Shown here one piece after another: positions 19,032 through 28,385 of a DNA stretch of 64,000 nucleotides. Source of the stretch: Desulfobacterales bacterium (GTDB lineage: Bacteria; Desulfobacterota; Desulfobacteria; Desulfobacterales; UBA2174); contig CAXXWC010000021.1 in the NCBI GenBank assembly GCA_963668645.2, forward strand, positions 320,001 to 384,000. The letters are read 5' to 3'. The stretch's first letter is position 1; every line of letters begins with the position of its first letter. The notes below the pieces were generated by a model that was not told where the DNA came from, ran no database searches, and saw nothing but the letters and a program-made list of their open reading frames with translations. The position numbers and the translations under genes were made by a program.

Positions 19032-21776
19032 TCAGACCTTCATCAGCTTGCGCAGGACACACGGCAGGATTCCGCCGTGGCGAAAATATTCCACCTCGAC
19101 CTCGGTATCGAGCCGGACGACGGCGGAAAACTCGATCCTGGAACCGTCCGCCTTGAGCGCCTCGACCGCGACCCGGCCCCGCGGCGTGATCCGATCGATG
19201 CCCTTGATGGCGAAATTCTCGCTGCCGTCGAGCCCCAAAGACCGCCATCCCTGGCCCGGTTCGAAAACCAGCGGCAGCACCCCCATGCCCACCAGGTTGC
19301 TGCGGTGAATGCGTTCGAAACTTTCTGCCAGCACGGCTCGGACCCCCAACAGGGTTGTCCCTTTGGCGGCCCAGTCCCGCGAACTGCCGGTGCCGTACTC
19401 CTTGCCGCCCAAGACCACCAGGGGAACGCCTTTTTCCATGTAGGCCGTGGCCGCATCGTAGACATAGGCCTCTTTACCGGAAGGAAAACGGCGCGTCCAG
19501 CTGCCTTCCTTGGGCGCCACGAGCAGGTTCTTGATCCGGATGTTGCCGAAGGTGCCGCGCATCATCACTTCGTGATTGCCCCGGCGCGAACCGTAGGAGT
19601 TGAATTGGTCAGGGGCCACACCGTTGGCCTGAAGGTAGCGCCCGGCCGGATAGTCGGCCGGGATGGCGCCGGCCGGTGAAATGTGGTCGGTGGTCACCGT
19701 ATCGCCCAGGACCATCAGGGCCCGGGCACCGGCCAGGTCCTCGCAAGGCGCCGCATCGAGGGAAAACCCTTCGAAATAAGGCGGGCGCTTGATGTAGGTC
19801 GAATCCGGATCCCAGGCAAAGGTGGTGCTTTCGGTCACATCGAGGTTTTCCCAGAACCGGTCCCCGTCGAAAATGCGCCCGTACTGCTGCTGATAAAATA
19901 CCGGGTCCAGGTGACGGGTGATGCAATCTTTAATTTCGTCGTCCTCCGGCCAGATCTCTTTTAAGAACACCGGTTCTCCGTTGGGGTCGATGCCCAACGG
20001 TTCGCTTTGCAGATCGATATCGATGCGTCCGGCCAGGGCCAGGGCCACCACCAGGATGGGCGAGGCCAGGAAATTGGCCCGCACCGCCTGGTGAATACGG
20101 GCCTCGAAGTTGCGGTTGCCCGAAAGCACGCTGGCCACGGTGAGCTTGCGCTCCTGGATCACCCGCTCGATCTCGGGATGCAGCGGACCGCTGTTGCCGA
20201 TGCACGTGGTGCAGCCGAATCCGGCCACATGAAAACCGAGAGCTTCCAGGTAGGGCATCAATCCGGCATGGCCCAGATAGTCGAGCACCACCTTGGACCC
20301 CGGCGCCAGGGAAGTCTTGACGTACCCGGGCACCCGCACCCCCCGGCGCACCGCGTTGCGCGCCAGCAGCCCGGCCCCGAACATCACCGCCGGGTTGGAG
20401 GTGTTGGTACAGGAGGTGATGGCCGCAATAACGATGCTGCCGTTTCCGATAGCCATGCGCGGTCCATGAAGGTCCACCGGATAGCACTCCCGGCCCCCCT
20501 GCACGCAGGATTCGGGACGCCGGGTACGGCTCCCTGATTCATCCACGAAGGTCGAAATCTGGTCCAGGGAAGCATCCCGCGGGTAATCGCCGCCCAGAAT
20601 CTCGTCGAAACGCGACTTGAGATCGGTCAAACCGATCCGGTCCTGGGGCCTTGCCGGTCCGGCCACCGCCGGTGCCACCGTGTCCAGGTCGAAATCGATG
20701 GTCTCGGTGTAGACAGGGGTCTCACCGCCCGAGGCGAACAGGCCCATCTGCCTGCAGTAGGCGTCCACCAGTTCGGCCTGATCGGCGCGGCCGGTGAGGC
20801 GCAGATATTCGATGGTCTTGGCGTCCACGGGGAAAAAGCCGAGGGTGGAACCGTTTTCAGGCGTCATGTTGGCGATGGTGGCCCGGTCGGCCACCGTCAG
20901 GCTCGAAAGGCCCGGCCCGAAGTATTCCACAAATTTTTCCACTACCTTGTGCCGGCGCAGCAGTTCGGTGATGGCCAGAACCAGATCGGTGGCCGTGACC
21001 CCGGGTTTCAGGGCCCCCTTGAGCCGGATCCCGATCACCTCCGGGATGGTCATGTAGTAGGGCTGGCCGAGCATCACAGCCTCGGCCTCAATGCCGCCCA
21101 CACCCCAGCCGAGCACCCCGATCCCGTTGATCATGGGGGTATGCGAATCGGTGCCCACCAGGGTATCGGGAAAGGCCAGCGGAACGCCGTCGTGTAGCTG
21201 ACACATTACCACCCGGCCCAAGTGCTCGAGGTTGACCTGGTGGCAGATCCCGCTGTTGGGCGGAACGACCTTGAAATTGGTAAAGCTGCGCTGGGCCCAT
21301 TTGAGCAGGGCGTAGCGTTCGGCGTTGCGCTCGTATTCCTTTGCCACGTTCTTTTCCAGAGCCCGGGCCGTGCCGAAAGCATCCACCTGGACCGAATGGT
21401 CCACCACCAGCTCCACCGGCACCTGGGGATTGATGCGGCGTGCATCTCCGCCCAGCTCCCGGACCGCATCGCGCATGGCCGCCAGGTCCACCACCGCCGG
21501 CACCCCGGTAAAATCCTGCATCAGCACGCGGGCCGGGTGGAAGGGGATTTCCACCGGGGTCTCGTAACGGGGCTGCCAGCGGGCGACGGCCAGAAGATCC
21601 GCCTCGCGCACGATGCTCCCGTCAAGCTTGCGCAGGAGATTTTCCACCAGGATCTTGATGGAAAAAGGAAGTCTTGACACATCGGCCAGCCCCCGGGCTT
21701 CCAGCCGGGAGATGTCATAGAGGGTGTAGTGCCGGTCGCGAACTTCAAAGCGCTGGGTAAAATCTTCACGATGCAT
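19032..21776 (-). CDS. acnA: Aconitate hydratase A
   Basis: QDFTGVP, GTDSHT, AITSCTNTSNP, GCTTCIGNSG, GSSRDWAAKG. Confidence 0.97.
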   Translation of the reverse strand: MHREDFTQRFEVRDRHYTLYDISRLEARGLADVSRLPFSIKILVENLLRKLDGSIVREADLLAVARWQPRYETPVEIPFHPARVLMQDFTGVPAVVDLAAMRDAVRELGGDARRINPQVPVELVVDHSVQVDAFGTARALEKNVAKEYERNAERYALLKWAQRSFTNFKVVPPNSGICHQVNLEHLGRVVMCQLHDGVPLAFPDTLVGTDSHTPMINGIGVLGWGVGGIEAEAVMLGQPYYMTIPEVIGIRLKGALKPGVTATDLVLAITELLRRHKVVEKFVEYFGPGLSSLTVADRATIANMTPENGSTLGFFPVDAKTIEYLRLTGRADQAELVDAYCRQMGLFASGGETPVYTETIDFDLDTVAPAVAGPARPQDRIGLTDLKSRFDEILGGDYPRDASLDQISTFVDESGSRTRRPESCVQGGRECYPVDLHGPRMAIGNGSIVIAAITSCTNTSNPAVMFGAGLLARNAVRRGVRVPGYVKTSLAPGSKVVLDYLGHAGLMPYLEALGFHVAGFGCTTCIGNSGPLHPEIERVIQERKLTVASVLSGNRNFEARIHQAVRANFLASPILVVALALAGRIDIDLQSEPLGIDPNGEPVFLKEIWPEDDEIKDCITRHLDPVFYQQQYGRIFDGDRFWENLDVTESTTFAWDPDSTYIKRPPYFEGFSLDAAPCEDLAGARALMVLGDTVTTDHISPAGAIPADYPAGRYLQANGVAPDQFNSYGSRRGNHEVMMRGTFGNIRIKNLLVAPKEGSWTRRFPSGKEAYVYDAATAYMEKGVPLVVLGGKEYGTGSSRDWAAKGTTLLGVRAVLAESFERIHRSNLVGMGVLPLVFEPGQGWRSLGLDGSENFAIKGIDRITPRGRVAVEALKADGSRIEFSAVVRLDTEVEVEYFRHGGILPCVLRKLMKV

Positions 21777-21869
21777 CCATACCTCCCGGAAAGTTTGGGG
21801 TGAACTGCCATTGGGGTCGTGGCGGGCCGCCGCACCGCCCTCCTGCGAAAAAGGTTCGTGCCCGATATC

Positions 21870-21884
21870 TGATAATCTTTATCA
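21870..21884. promoter_or_regulatory. Candidate Fur-family box upstream of acnA
   Basis: TGATAATCTTTATCA, one mismatch from the 7-1-7 TGATAAT-N-ATTATCA consensus. Confidence 0.45.
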
Positions 21885-21972
21885 AATGGATTCGACCCGA
21901 TCAAGGAAGTGCCCCGGTGATGAGTCTACCGGCGGGCCGTACCGCGGGTGGGAAAACCGTTCGCCGGTCCCT

Positions 21973-22197
21973 TCAACCGCCGATCCAGCGCAGCCTGGTC
22001 GCCACCCAAAGAAAGACCGGCAGCATGAGCGCCAAGAGGGTCAAAATGCCGGGGGCGGTCAGGTAGGGTGTATACCAAGGGGCTCGGTTCCGCTTGGCCT
22101 TTTTGACTTCGCCAAAAAACATCCGCCCCAGCAGCATACCGCCGATAAGGACGGCAGCCATTTTGACCAGGGAAAGCAGCGTTGCCATTGCAACCAC
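21973..22197 (-). CDS. Small hypothetical membrane protein
   Basis: Two hydrophobic segments around a basic loop (..PWYTPYLTAPG..); GAGG RBS upstream. Confidence 0.6.
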   Translation of the reverse strand: MVAMATLLSLVKMAAVLIGGMLLGRMFFGEVKKAKRNRAPWYTPYLTAPGILTLLALMLPVFLWVATRLRWIGG

Positions 22198-22361
22198 CTC
22201 GCAAATCGATTCGCCGGCGGACCTCGGCCGCCTTGAAAAAACATTTGGATTTCAGAACGTGCCGTGCCGTGGTTCTTAACATAATTGAAAGGGAAAATCC
22301 CCCCAATCTTATTTCCATTTCATGGGCAGGGTCCATCCCCCAGCCCGCCAAGAAGATTCCC

Positions 22362-22585
22362 ATGGCCGCCAAACCATCGCGAGACGTTAAAAATTGTGCC
22401 CGAGCAAGGAGTTCGCAGCCAAACTGCACCGGTTGGCCGATGCCGTGGAAAACGGCAGGCGCTTCTGGGTTCAGATCGCCGCGAGCGCATCTCGGTGCCA
22501 GCGAACGCCGTTTGCATCATCGAACATGAACTTGGGGCGACCTGGAGGAAATCGAATTTCAGATCAAGTGGGCAACAAACGCTGA
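22362..22585 (+). pseudogene. amphi-Trp domain protein with three frameshifts
   Basis: Joined across frames: MAAKPSRDV / KLCPSKEFAAKLHRLADAVENGRRFWVQIA / ERISVPANAVCIIEHELG / DLEEIEFQIKW; resembles the amphi-Trp family pattern ending EEIEFQIKW. Confidence 0.75.
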
Positions 22586-22907
22586 CTGGCGGCACGGCAA
22601 CCGGGCCTGTGGCCAAGAAGGCGGGGGATCATCCGGCAGGCGAAATGGATGTTATGAGGCCCGCGACGGGCCATTTCCTTGCCAGGCGGGTTGTAGCGGC
22701 AAACATGGACGGTGCGGTGGATGCCGCCGGGAGACGGGACGGCGGCATCCAACCGGCTCCTGCCGAAGACCGTTCATCCGTCGGGGGGCCGCCGACGAGG
22801 ATGATCCATCAGGCTTTGGGCGGTCTCCAACAGCATTCTCATGGCCCTTGAGAGCGGTTTGCCGAGCCTTCAACTGTCCTGCGCAGAGAAATGGCCCGTT
22901 TAGGGGT

Positions 22908-23094
22908 ACGAGGCAGGTCTTCTGACTTCCGGATCCACCGACGGGCTGCCCCTTCCCACACCCTTCGAAAGCGGTGCAGTGAGCTGACTGCAGCCTTTGT
23001 CCCCGGTCACAGCGGCGCGACCGTTCCCGAATTGCACGGGATTCCCTCCGTTGGCGGTCTTCATGGAGGCCAACGGTCCTTCATGGAGCCTCGT
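22908..23094 (-). ncRNA. Cobalamin (B12) riboswitch
   Basis: Minus strand: AGGGAAtcccGTGcAATTCgggaaCGGtcGCGCCGCTGTGA..CACTG..TGGGAAGG..AGTCAGAAGACCTGCC (B12 box); closing stem acgaggc/gcctcgt; hairpin ccgttggc/gccaacgg. Confidence 0.9.
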
Positions 23095-23419
23095 TGTGAA
23101 GTAAACCTGAATGCCGAACCGGAGTCAACTTGTAAAATTGATAGTTATTTCTGGTTATATTAAGGGGGCAAACCTATCATTATGGGCCTGTGATGCTGTC
23201 CCCAAAGCCGCAAACAGTCCACTTCATTCTGGAAACCCGGGCCCTTTTTTCATATTTGCCAACATGTCCCTTGGGGGCTGCGACGGCCTGGCGCCATATA
23301 TGGGGATTGTGCTATGAAAGGCCCGTGAGTTTTACAGGCCCTGTTTCGGCCCTGCACTGCACAGGCAAAGGTCGATTTTTTCCGGCAATAACGTTCCCCG
23401 GCGGCAGGAAATCCATCCA

Positions 23420-24250
23420 ATGCATGAAAAGCTGAAAACGATCCTGGCCGATTTTGCCCACCGCCAGGGCCATCTGATGATCCTTACGGGAGAAGGCGTG
23501 GCAGGCGAATGCGGTATCGCCCCCTTTCGCTCCGATCCCAGGCCTTTCGTCTACGAGGGGGCCGGCTACACCACCAGCGATCTGTTGACCCGGCGGCTCT
23601 TCGATCAAGAGCCGCAAGCGGTCTGGGCCTGGCACCTGATGCGGCTTGAAGAAGCCCGCCGGGCAGAACCCGGAGCGGCTCACCAGGCCGTGGCACGTGC
23701 CGCTAAAGGGTTCACTAAAAGGATGAACGTGGTCACCGAGTGTGTCGACAGCCTGCACCGGCGCAGTCCGCTGCCGCCCGAAACGCTCTTCGAGCCCCAG
23801 GGCAACCTCTTTGCCATGCGCTGCCTGGCGGACTGTACCCTGACCCTCTACCCTGTCCCCAAAAAACTCTATGGTTGGAATGACGGCAGGCAGCTGGACC
23901 AAACCGATCGGCAACTGCTCTGCTGCCCGGCCTGCGGCGGGCCGACCCGGCCGCACATCCTGTGGCGCGACGAGATTTACAACGAGGTCAATTACCGTCT
24001 CAACACGATTCTGGAAGCGGCCCGGCGCACCGACCTGCTGGTGGTGGCCGGATTTTCCGGGCACACCAACCTGGCCAACAAGGTCGCCTGGGAGGTGAGC
24101 CTCAACCACCGGGCGCGCATCGTGGACATCAACCCGCTGCTCAACCCCGTGGCGGCCCTGGCCCGGCGCACAGATGGCGTAAGCCTGCAGGCTTCTCCGG
24201 CCGAAACCCTGCCGCAGGTGCTGGAAAGCCTTGAAAACCAGCTGCGCTAA
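23420..24250 (+). CDS. Sir2/CobB-family protein with degenerate catalytic motifs
   Basis: Sirtuin layout: LTGEGVAGECGIAPFR, VTECVDSLH, EPQGN, CLADC..CPAC, RPHILWRDE, DINP. Confidence 0.8.
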   Translation: MHEKLKTILADFAHRQGHLMILTGEGVAGECGIAPFRSDPRPFVYEGAGYTTSDLLTRRLFDQEPQAVWAWHLMRLEEARRAEPGAAHQAVARAAKGFTKRMNVVTECVDSLHRRSPLPPETLFEPQGNLFAMRCLADCTLTLYPVPKKLYGWNDGRQLDQTDRQLLCCPACGGPTRPHILWRDEIYNEVNYRLNTILEAARRTDLLVVAGFSGHTNLANKVAWEVSLNHRARIVDINPLLNPVAALARRTDGVSLQASPAETLPQVLESLENQLR

Positions 24251-25654
24251 CGGTTCTCTCCGCGGTACGGCTCGGCCTCGATCCCGTAACGGCGCATGAT
24301 CTGTTGCAGGGCCTGGCGTTCGAGACCGCTTTCGCGGGCCGCCTGGGTCACGTTGCCGCCGGAGGCCGCCAGTCGCCGGCCGATATAGCGCGCGTTGAAT
24401 CCCTCCAGGACCCGGGCCTTGGCATCCTTGTAACCAAAGTCGAGAAAATCTTCCTGCACCACCGTTTCAGCACTCTGTTCGACACGCTGGTTCAAACCGA
24501 GGTCGGCCGGTCGGATTTCATCCCCGCTGGCAAAAGAGAATCCCCTGGACGATGAGATTTTCCATCTCACGCACATTGCCGGTCCAGGGCCTTTGTTTGA
24601 AGCTTTCCAGCATTTCGGGCGAAAGACGCTTGAGGGGCCGTTTTAGCTCCGCACAGTGTTTCTCCAGCAGATGCGCGGCGATCAGGGGGATGTCTTCCGG
24701 ATGTTCGCGCAGGGCCGGCAGACGCAACGGCAGAACGTTGAGCCGGTGAAAGAGATCCTCGCGGAACTCGCCCCGGCCGATCTTGGCCGCCAGGTCCTGG
24801 TTGGTCGAAGCGATGATGCGCACGTCCACCGACACGGTTCGCGTATCGCCAAGCGGCTTGATCTCTTTTTCCTGCAAGACCCGCAGCAGCTTGGCCTGCA
24901 TGGCGGGACTGATATCGCCGATTTCATCGAGAAAGATCGACCCGCCGCAAGCTTCCTGGAACAGTCCCTCCCGGTTCTGGGTGGCATGGGTAAAGGCCCC
25001 CTTGCGGTAGCCGAACAGCTCGCTTTCAAGAATTTGCTCGGGAACGGTGGGGCAGTTGACCGCCACAAAGGGTCCCCGGCGCCGCGGGCTGATCTGGTGC
25101 ACCGCCCTGGCGGTCAAATCCTTGCCGACCCCTGACTCGCCAGTGATCAAGACCGTCAGATCGGTCTGGGAAATGGTTTGGATTGTCTCGTAGACACGCT
25201 GCATGGGGGCGCTCTTGCCCACCAGCTCCTGGAGTCCCTTGCGCTGGCGGCATTCGTCCTGCAAACGCAGGTTCTCGCGGATCAGCGAGGAGCGTTCAAG
25301 GGCCTTTTCCAGCCTCACCACCAGTGCGTCATACTCGAAGGGCTTGGTGATATAGTCCTGGGCCCCCTGGCGCATGGCGCTCACCGCGGTTTCCACCGCG
25401 CCGTAAGCGGTCATCATCACCACGGTTTGTTCCGGGTTGCGGCGTTTGATCCAGGCGAGCAGCTCCATTCCGTCCATCCCGGGCATCTTGATGTCGGCCA
25501 GGACCAGATCGAAGGCAGATCGGGTAAGTTGTTCCAGGGCCGCCTCGGCCGTACCGGCCGTGACCACCCGGCAATTCAGGTCCGGTTCCAGGCTGCGTTG
25601 GAGCAGTTTGAGCATGTCTTTTTCATCGTCGACGATGAGAATGGTGCGTTTCAT
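24247..25654 (-). pseudogene. Sigma-54-dependent (NtrC-family) response regulator, frameshifted before its Fis HTH
   Basis: REC domain (DD, DIKMPGMDG), GESGVGK, ESELFG, GAFTHA, GNVRE in 24518..25654; HTH (GNVTQAARESGLERQAL) lies in another frame after an extra base in the A4 run at 24532-24535. Confidence 0.85.
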
Positions 25655-27159
25655 GATCCCTGGTCCTCATCCAGCGGAAGCGTCACGGTAAAGGCCGATC
25701 CTTCCCCCGGGGTGCTCTCCACGTCGATTTCGCCGCCGTGATTGCGTACGATCCCGTAGCTGACCGAAAGTCCCAGGCCGGTCCCCTGGCCGGTGGGTTT
25801 GGTGGTAAAAAACGGATCGAAAATTCTGTTGAGATCCTGCTTCTCGATGCCGCATCCGTCGTCGCTCACCCGCACCTGGACACTGCACTGGTCCTGGCTC
25901 ATGCGGGTCTCGATCCGGATCGTCCCCTGGCGGCCCACCGCATGCCGGGCGTTCATGATCAGGTTGATCATCACCTGACGGATCTTTTTCTCGTCCAGCA
26001 GCAGCGGCGGGATCTTCTCGCCGTAAACCCGCTCGATGTACACTTCTTCCAGCCGGGCGTGCTGGGCGATGAACTGGACCACCTCGTCGATGACCAGATG
26101 AATATCGATGCGCCCTTTTACCGGCGGCGAACTGCGCGCGAAATTGAGCAGGTCCTCTACGATGGCCTTGCAGTTGCGCACATGCTTTTCAATTGTTTTC
26201 AGATCTTCCCATCGCTCACTGTCCCCGGGCTCCTTGCGCAGCAGCAGCTGGGTATAGCCGAGGATGATGCCCAGGGGATTGTTGATTTCATGCGCGATAC
26301 CGGCCGAAAACTCACCGATGGAGGCCAACTTGTCGGTCTGGGCCAACTGACGCTCCATCTGGCGGCGCTGTTCGATATCCTTGATGAGCAGATGGACGGT
26401 ATCGCTTCCGGTTGCCGAGCGGTCCAGGCTGCCGCTGACCAGGGCCATACGTTGGCTTCCGTCGGGCCGCACGAGAACCGACTCGGCATTGGTGACGAAA
26501 CCGTTGGCATCGATCACCCGGCCGATGATCTGCCAATCCTCGGGGTCGGCCAACAGGACACTGACATGGCTTCCCACCGGCGTATGGTGCGGATGCTCGA
26601 CGCCGGTAAAGGCGTTGTATCCGGCCGGGTTCATGTCCAAAATCAACCCATCCGGAGTGGTCACCATCACGATATCGCGCGACAGTTCGAAAATCCGGCG
26701 GTACTTGTGCTCCGAGCGGCTCAGGGCTTCGGTGCGCTCGGCCACCAACACTTCGAGGTTCTGGTTGAGATAGACCAGCTCGCGACTCGCCGCCTGGATC
26801 TCCTTCTTGTCGGCCAGAATCTGCTGGTAAGCGGCCCAAACCCTTTCGAAGTATAGGGTCACCGAGGCCGCCACCACAAACATCAACGTATTGAAAGCCC
26901 CGCTGTAAGGGCTGATGGCCTGCCAGACCGGCCGATGACCGCCGAGAATCAGGATCTGGCGCAGGATATGGCCGGCCGAACGCGAGAGCGAAAATCCGGC
27001 CATCGCCAGGCAAACCCACCAAAGAAAACTCCACAGGATTTCGTCCGGTGCGCGGCGCCTCAGCCGGGCGGCGGTGGCAAGGCAGAGAAAAGACAACACG
27101 ATCATCAGCACCGAGCCGACCAGATCGACGGCCAGGATCGGAACGGCATTGACCTTCAT
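25651..27159 (-). CDS. Membrane PAS sensor histidine kinase (NtrB-like)
   Basis: N-terminal TM helices, PAS, AHEINNPL, NLIMNA, DDGCGI, FDPFFTTK, GTGLGL. Confidence 0.95.
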   Translation of the reverse strand: MKVNAVPILAVDLVGSVLMIVLSFLCLATAARLRRRAPDEILWSFLWWVCLAMAGFSLSRSAGHILRQILILGGHRPVWQAISPYSGAFNTLMFVVAASVTLYFERVWAAYQQILADKKEIQAASRELVYLNQNLEVLVAERTEALSRSEHKYRRIFELSRDIVMVTTPDGLILDMNPAGYNAFTGVEHPHHTPVGSHVSVLLADPEDWQIIGRVIDANGFVTNAESVLVRPDGSQRMALVSGSLDRSATGSDTVHLLIKDIEQRRQMERQLAQTDKLASIGEFSAGIAHEINNPLGIILGYTQLLLRKEPGDSERWEDLKTIEKHVRNCKAIVEDLLNFARSSPPVKGRIDIHLVIDEVVQFIAQHARLEEVYIERVYGEKIPPLLLDEKKIRQVMINLIMNARHAVGRQGTIRIETRMSQDQCSVQVRVSDDGCGIEKQDLNRIFDPFFTTKPTGQGTGLGLSVSYGIVRNHGGEIDVESTPGEGSAFTVTLPLDEDQGS

Positions 27160-27701
27160 GAGGCCTCGGGGGGCGCCCCTCCTGCTTCCGATTCATCGGC
27201 CAGGCATCGCAAACCGAGAAACAGGAAGATCAGGGCCGGCACGCACCATAGATGATCAAGCTTGACCAGATAGTAGAGTGGCGCCAAGACTTCTAAACCG
27301 GGCTGCGGCGCCAGAAAAAGATGGCGCGGATCGATCTGCTGTACCGTCAGAAAACCGGTCTGCTCGTCAAGCAGATGGGCGACGAAGGCATCCAGGTTCC
27401 AGACGATCAACAACACCGCTGCATAACGGATCAAACGCCAGCCGCGGCGCACCGTCAACCCCCTTGCGCCGAGCCAGTAAGCCAGGGTTCCCATGGAAAG
27501 GGCAAACAGGATGTGGGCCATCTGGTGGACCACCAGCCCCTCGGGCTCTCCGTGGGTCTGGGTGGCCAGTGCCGGAGCCGCCGACAGCACCGATGCAATC
27601 CAGACGGCGAACCCGAGAAAAAAACGGCCGGCGCGGATGGATCGCAGTCGCTCGGTGAAAAAGACCAGCACACCCGTCATTTTGAACATCCATGCAAACA
27701 C
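27156..27701 (-). CDS. Hypothetical membrane protein
   Basis: Hydrophobic helices with His residues (HQMAH, AHLL, KLDH); stop overlaps the kinase start; start position uncertain. Confidence 0.75.
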   Translation of the reverse strand: MFAWMFKMTGVLVFFTERLRSIRAGRFFLGFAVWIASVLSAAPALATQTHGEPEGLVVHQMAHILFALSMGTLAYWLGARGLTVRRGWRLIRYAAVLLIVWNLDAFVAHLLDEQTGFLTVQQIDPRHLFLAPQPGLEVLAPLYYLVKLDHLWCVPALIFLFLGLRCLADESEAGGAPPEAS

Positions 27702-27706
27702 ACGTT

Positions 27707-28303
27707 TTAAGCGCGCGGACCAGTCTGCCGCGGATGAAGATCGGCCAGGCTGACCATTTCTCCTGCGCTGTCATTGACCTTGGCCAAGTTTCGGTCCAGA
27801 GACTGAAAAATGGGCAGGCGCCTTCGGATTTGGCCAAACAGGATATACATTAAAATGAACAGGGGCAAGAAGCTGAAAGTATAGCCGACCGTGGCGTCGA
27901 TAAACGGCAGGACAAAATCGACGTCGCTAAAGCGGGTATTCATCCAGGCCAGAGCGAAGGCCGCCGGCCACAGCGAAGAGATCGACAGGGCGAGCTGGGC
28001 GAAAAAATAGCGCCCAAAGGCGTCATTGGCTTCCTTGTTGCACGCCTTATAGGCCGCCTTATCCTTGGCCAGCAAGGCAAAAATCGACAGGTTGTGCATC
28101 CTGACCATGTCACTGTTCTGGTCGCAAAAATGACGAAGGTTATACCGCAGCGCCACCAATTGCGTCACCTGGCCAAGCAGCACGGCCAGCACGGCCAAAA
28201 CCGCCGTGCCGATCATGAACCCCACGATGGGGACTTCCGATAGCCGGTAAAATACGATGAGAAATCCGTCCAGGGCAAGGTAAAGGTGCTGAAGCATATC
28301 CAC
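27707..28303 (-). CDS. Hypothetical membrane protein
   Basis: Several TM segments plus YKACNKEANDAFGRYFF; operonic position. Confidence 0.75.
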   Translation of the reverse strand: MDMLQHLYLALDGFLIVFYRLSEVPIVGFMIGTAVLAVLAVLLGQVTQLVALRYNLRHFCDQNSDMVRMHNLSIFALLAKDKAAYKACNKEANDAFGRYFFAQLALSISSLWPAAFALAWMNTRFSDVDFVLPFIDATVGYTFSFLPLFILMYILFGQIRRRLPIFQSLDRNLAKVNDSAGEMVSLADLHPRQTGPRA

Positions 28304-28385
28304 GGTCCTTTTTGGACGTCGTTGTTTCGAGGTGTTCCGGCGTGCCGGAACACCTCATATCGCCAGGCGAAACAGCCCCCGTCGC

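Noticed and set aside
23165..23250. GGCAAAC..CGCAAA resembling a c-di-GMP-I riboswitch upstream of the sirtuin
   Set aside because: No GNRA tetraloop/receptor or convincing P2/P3 pairing.
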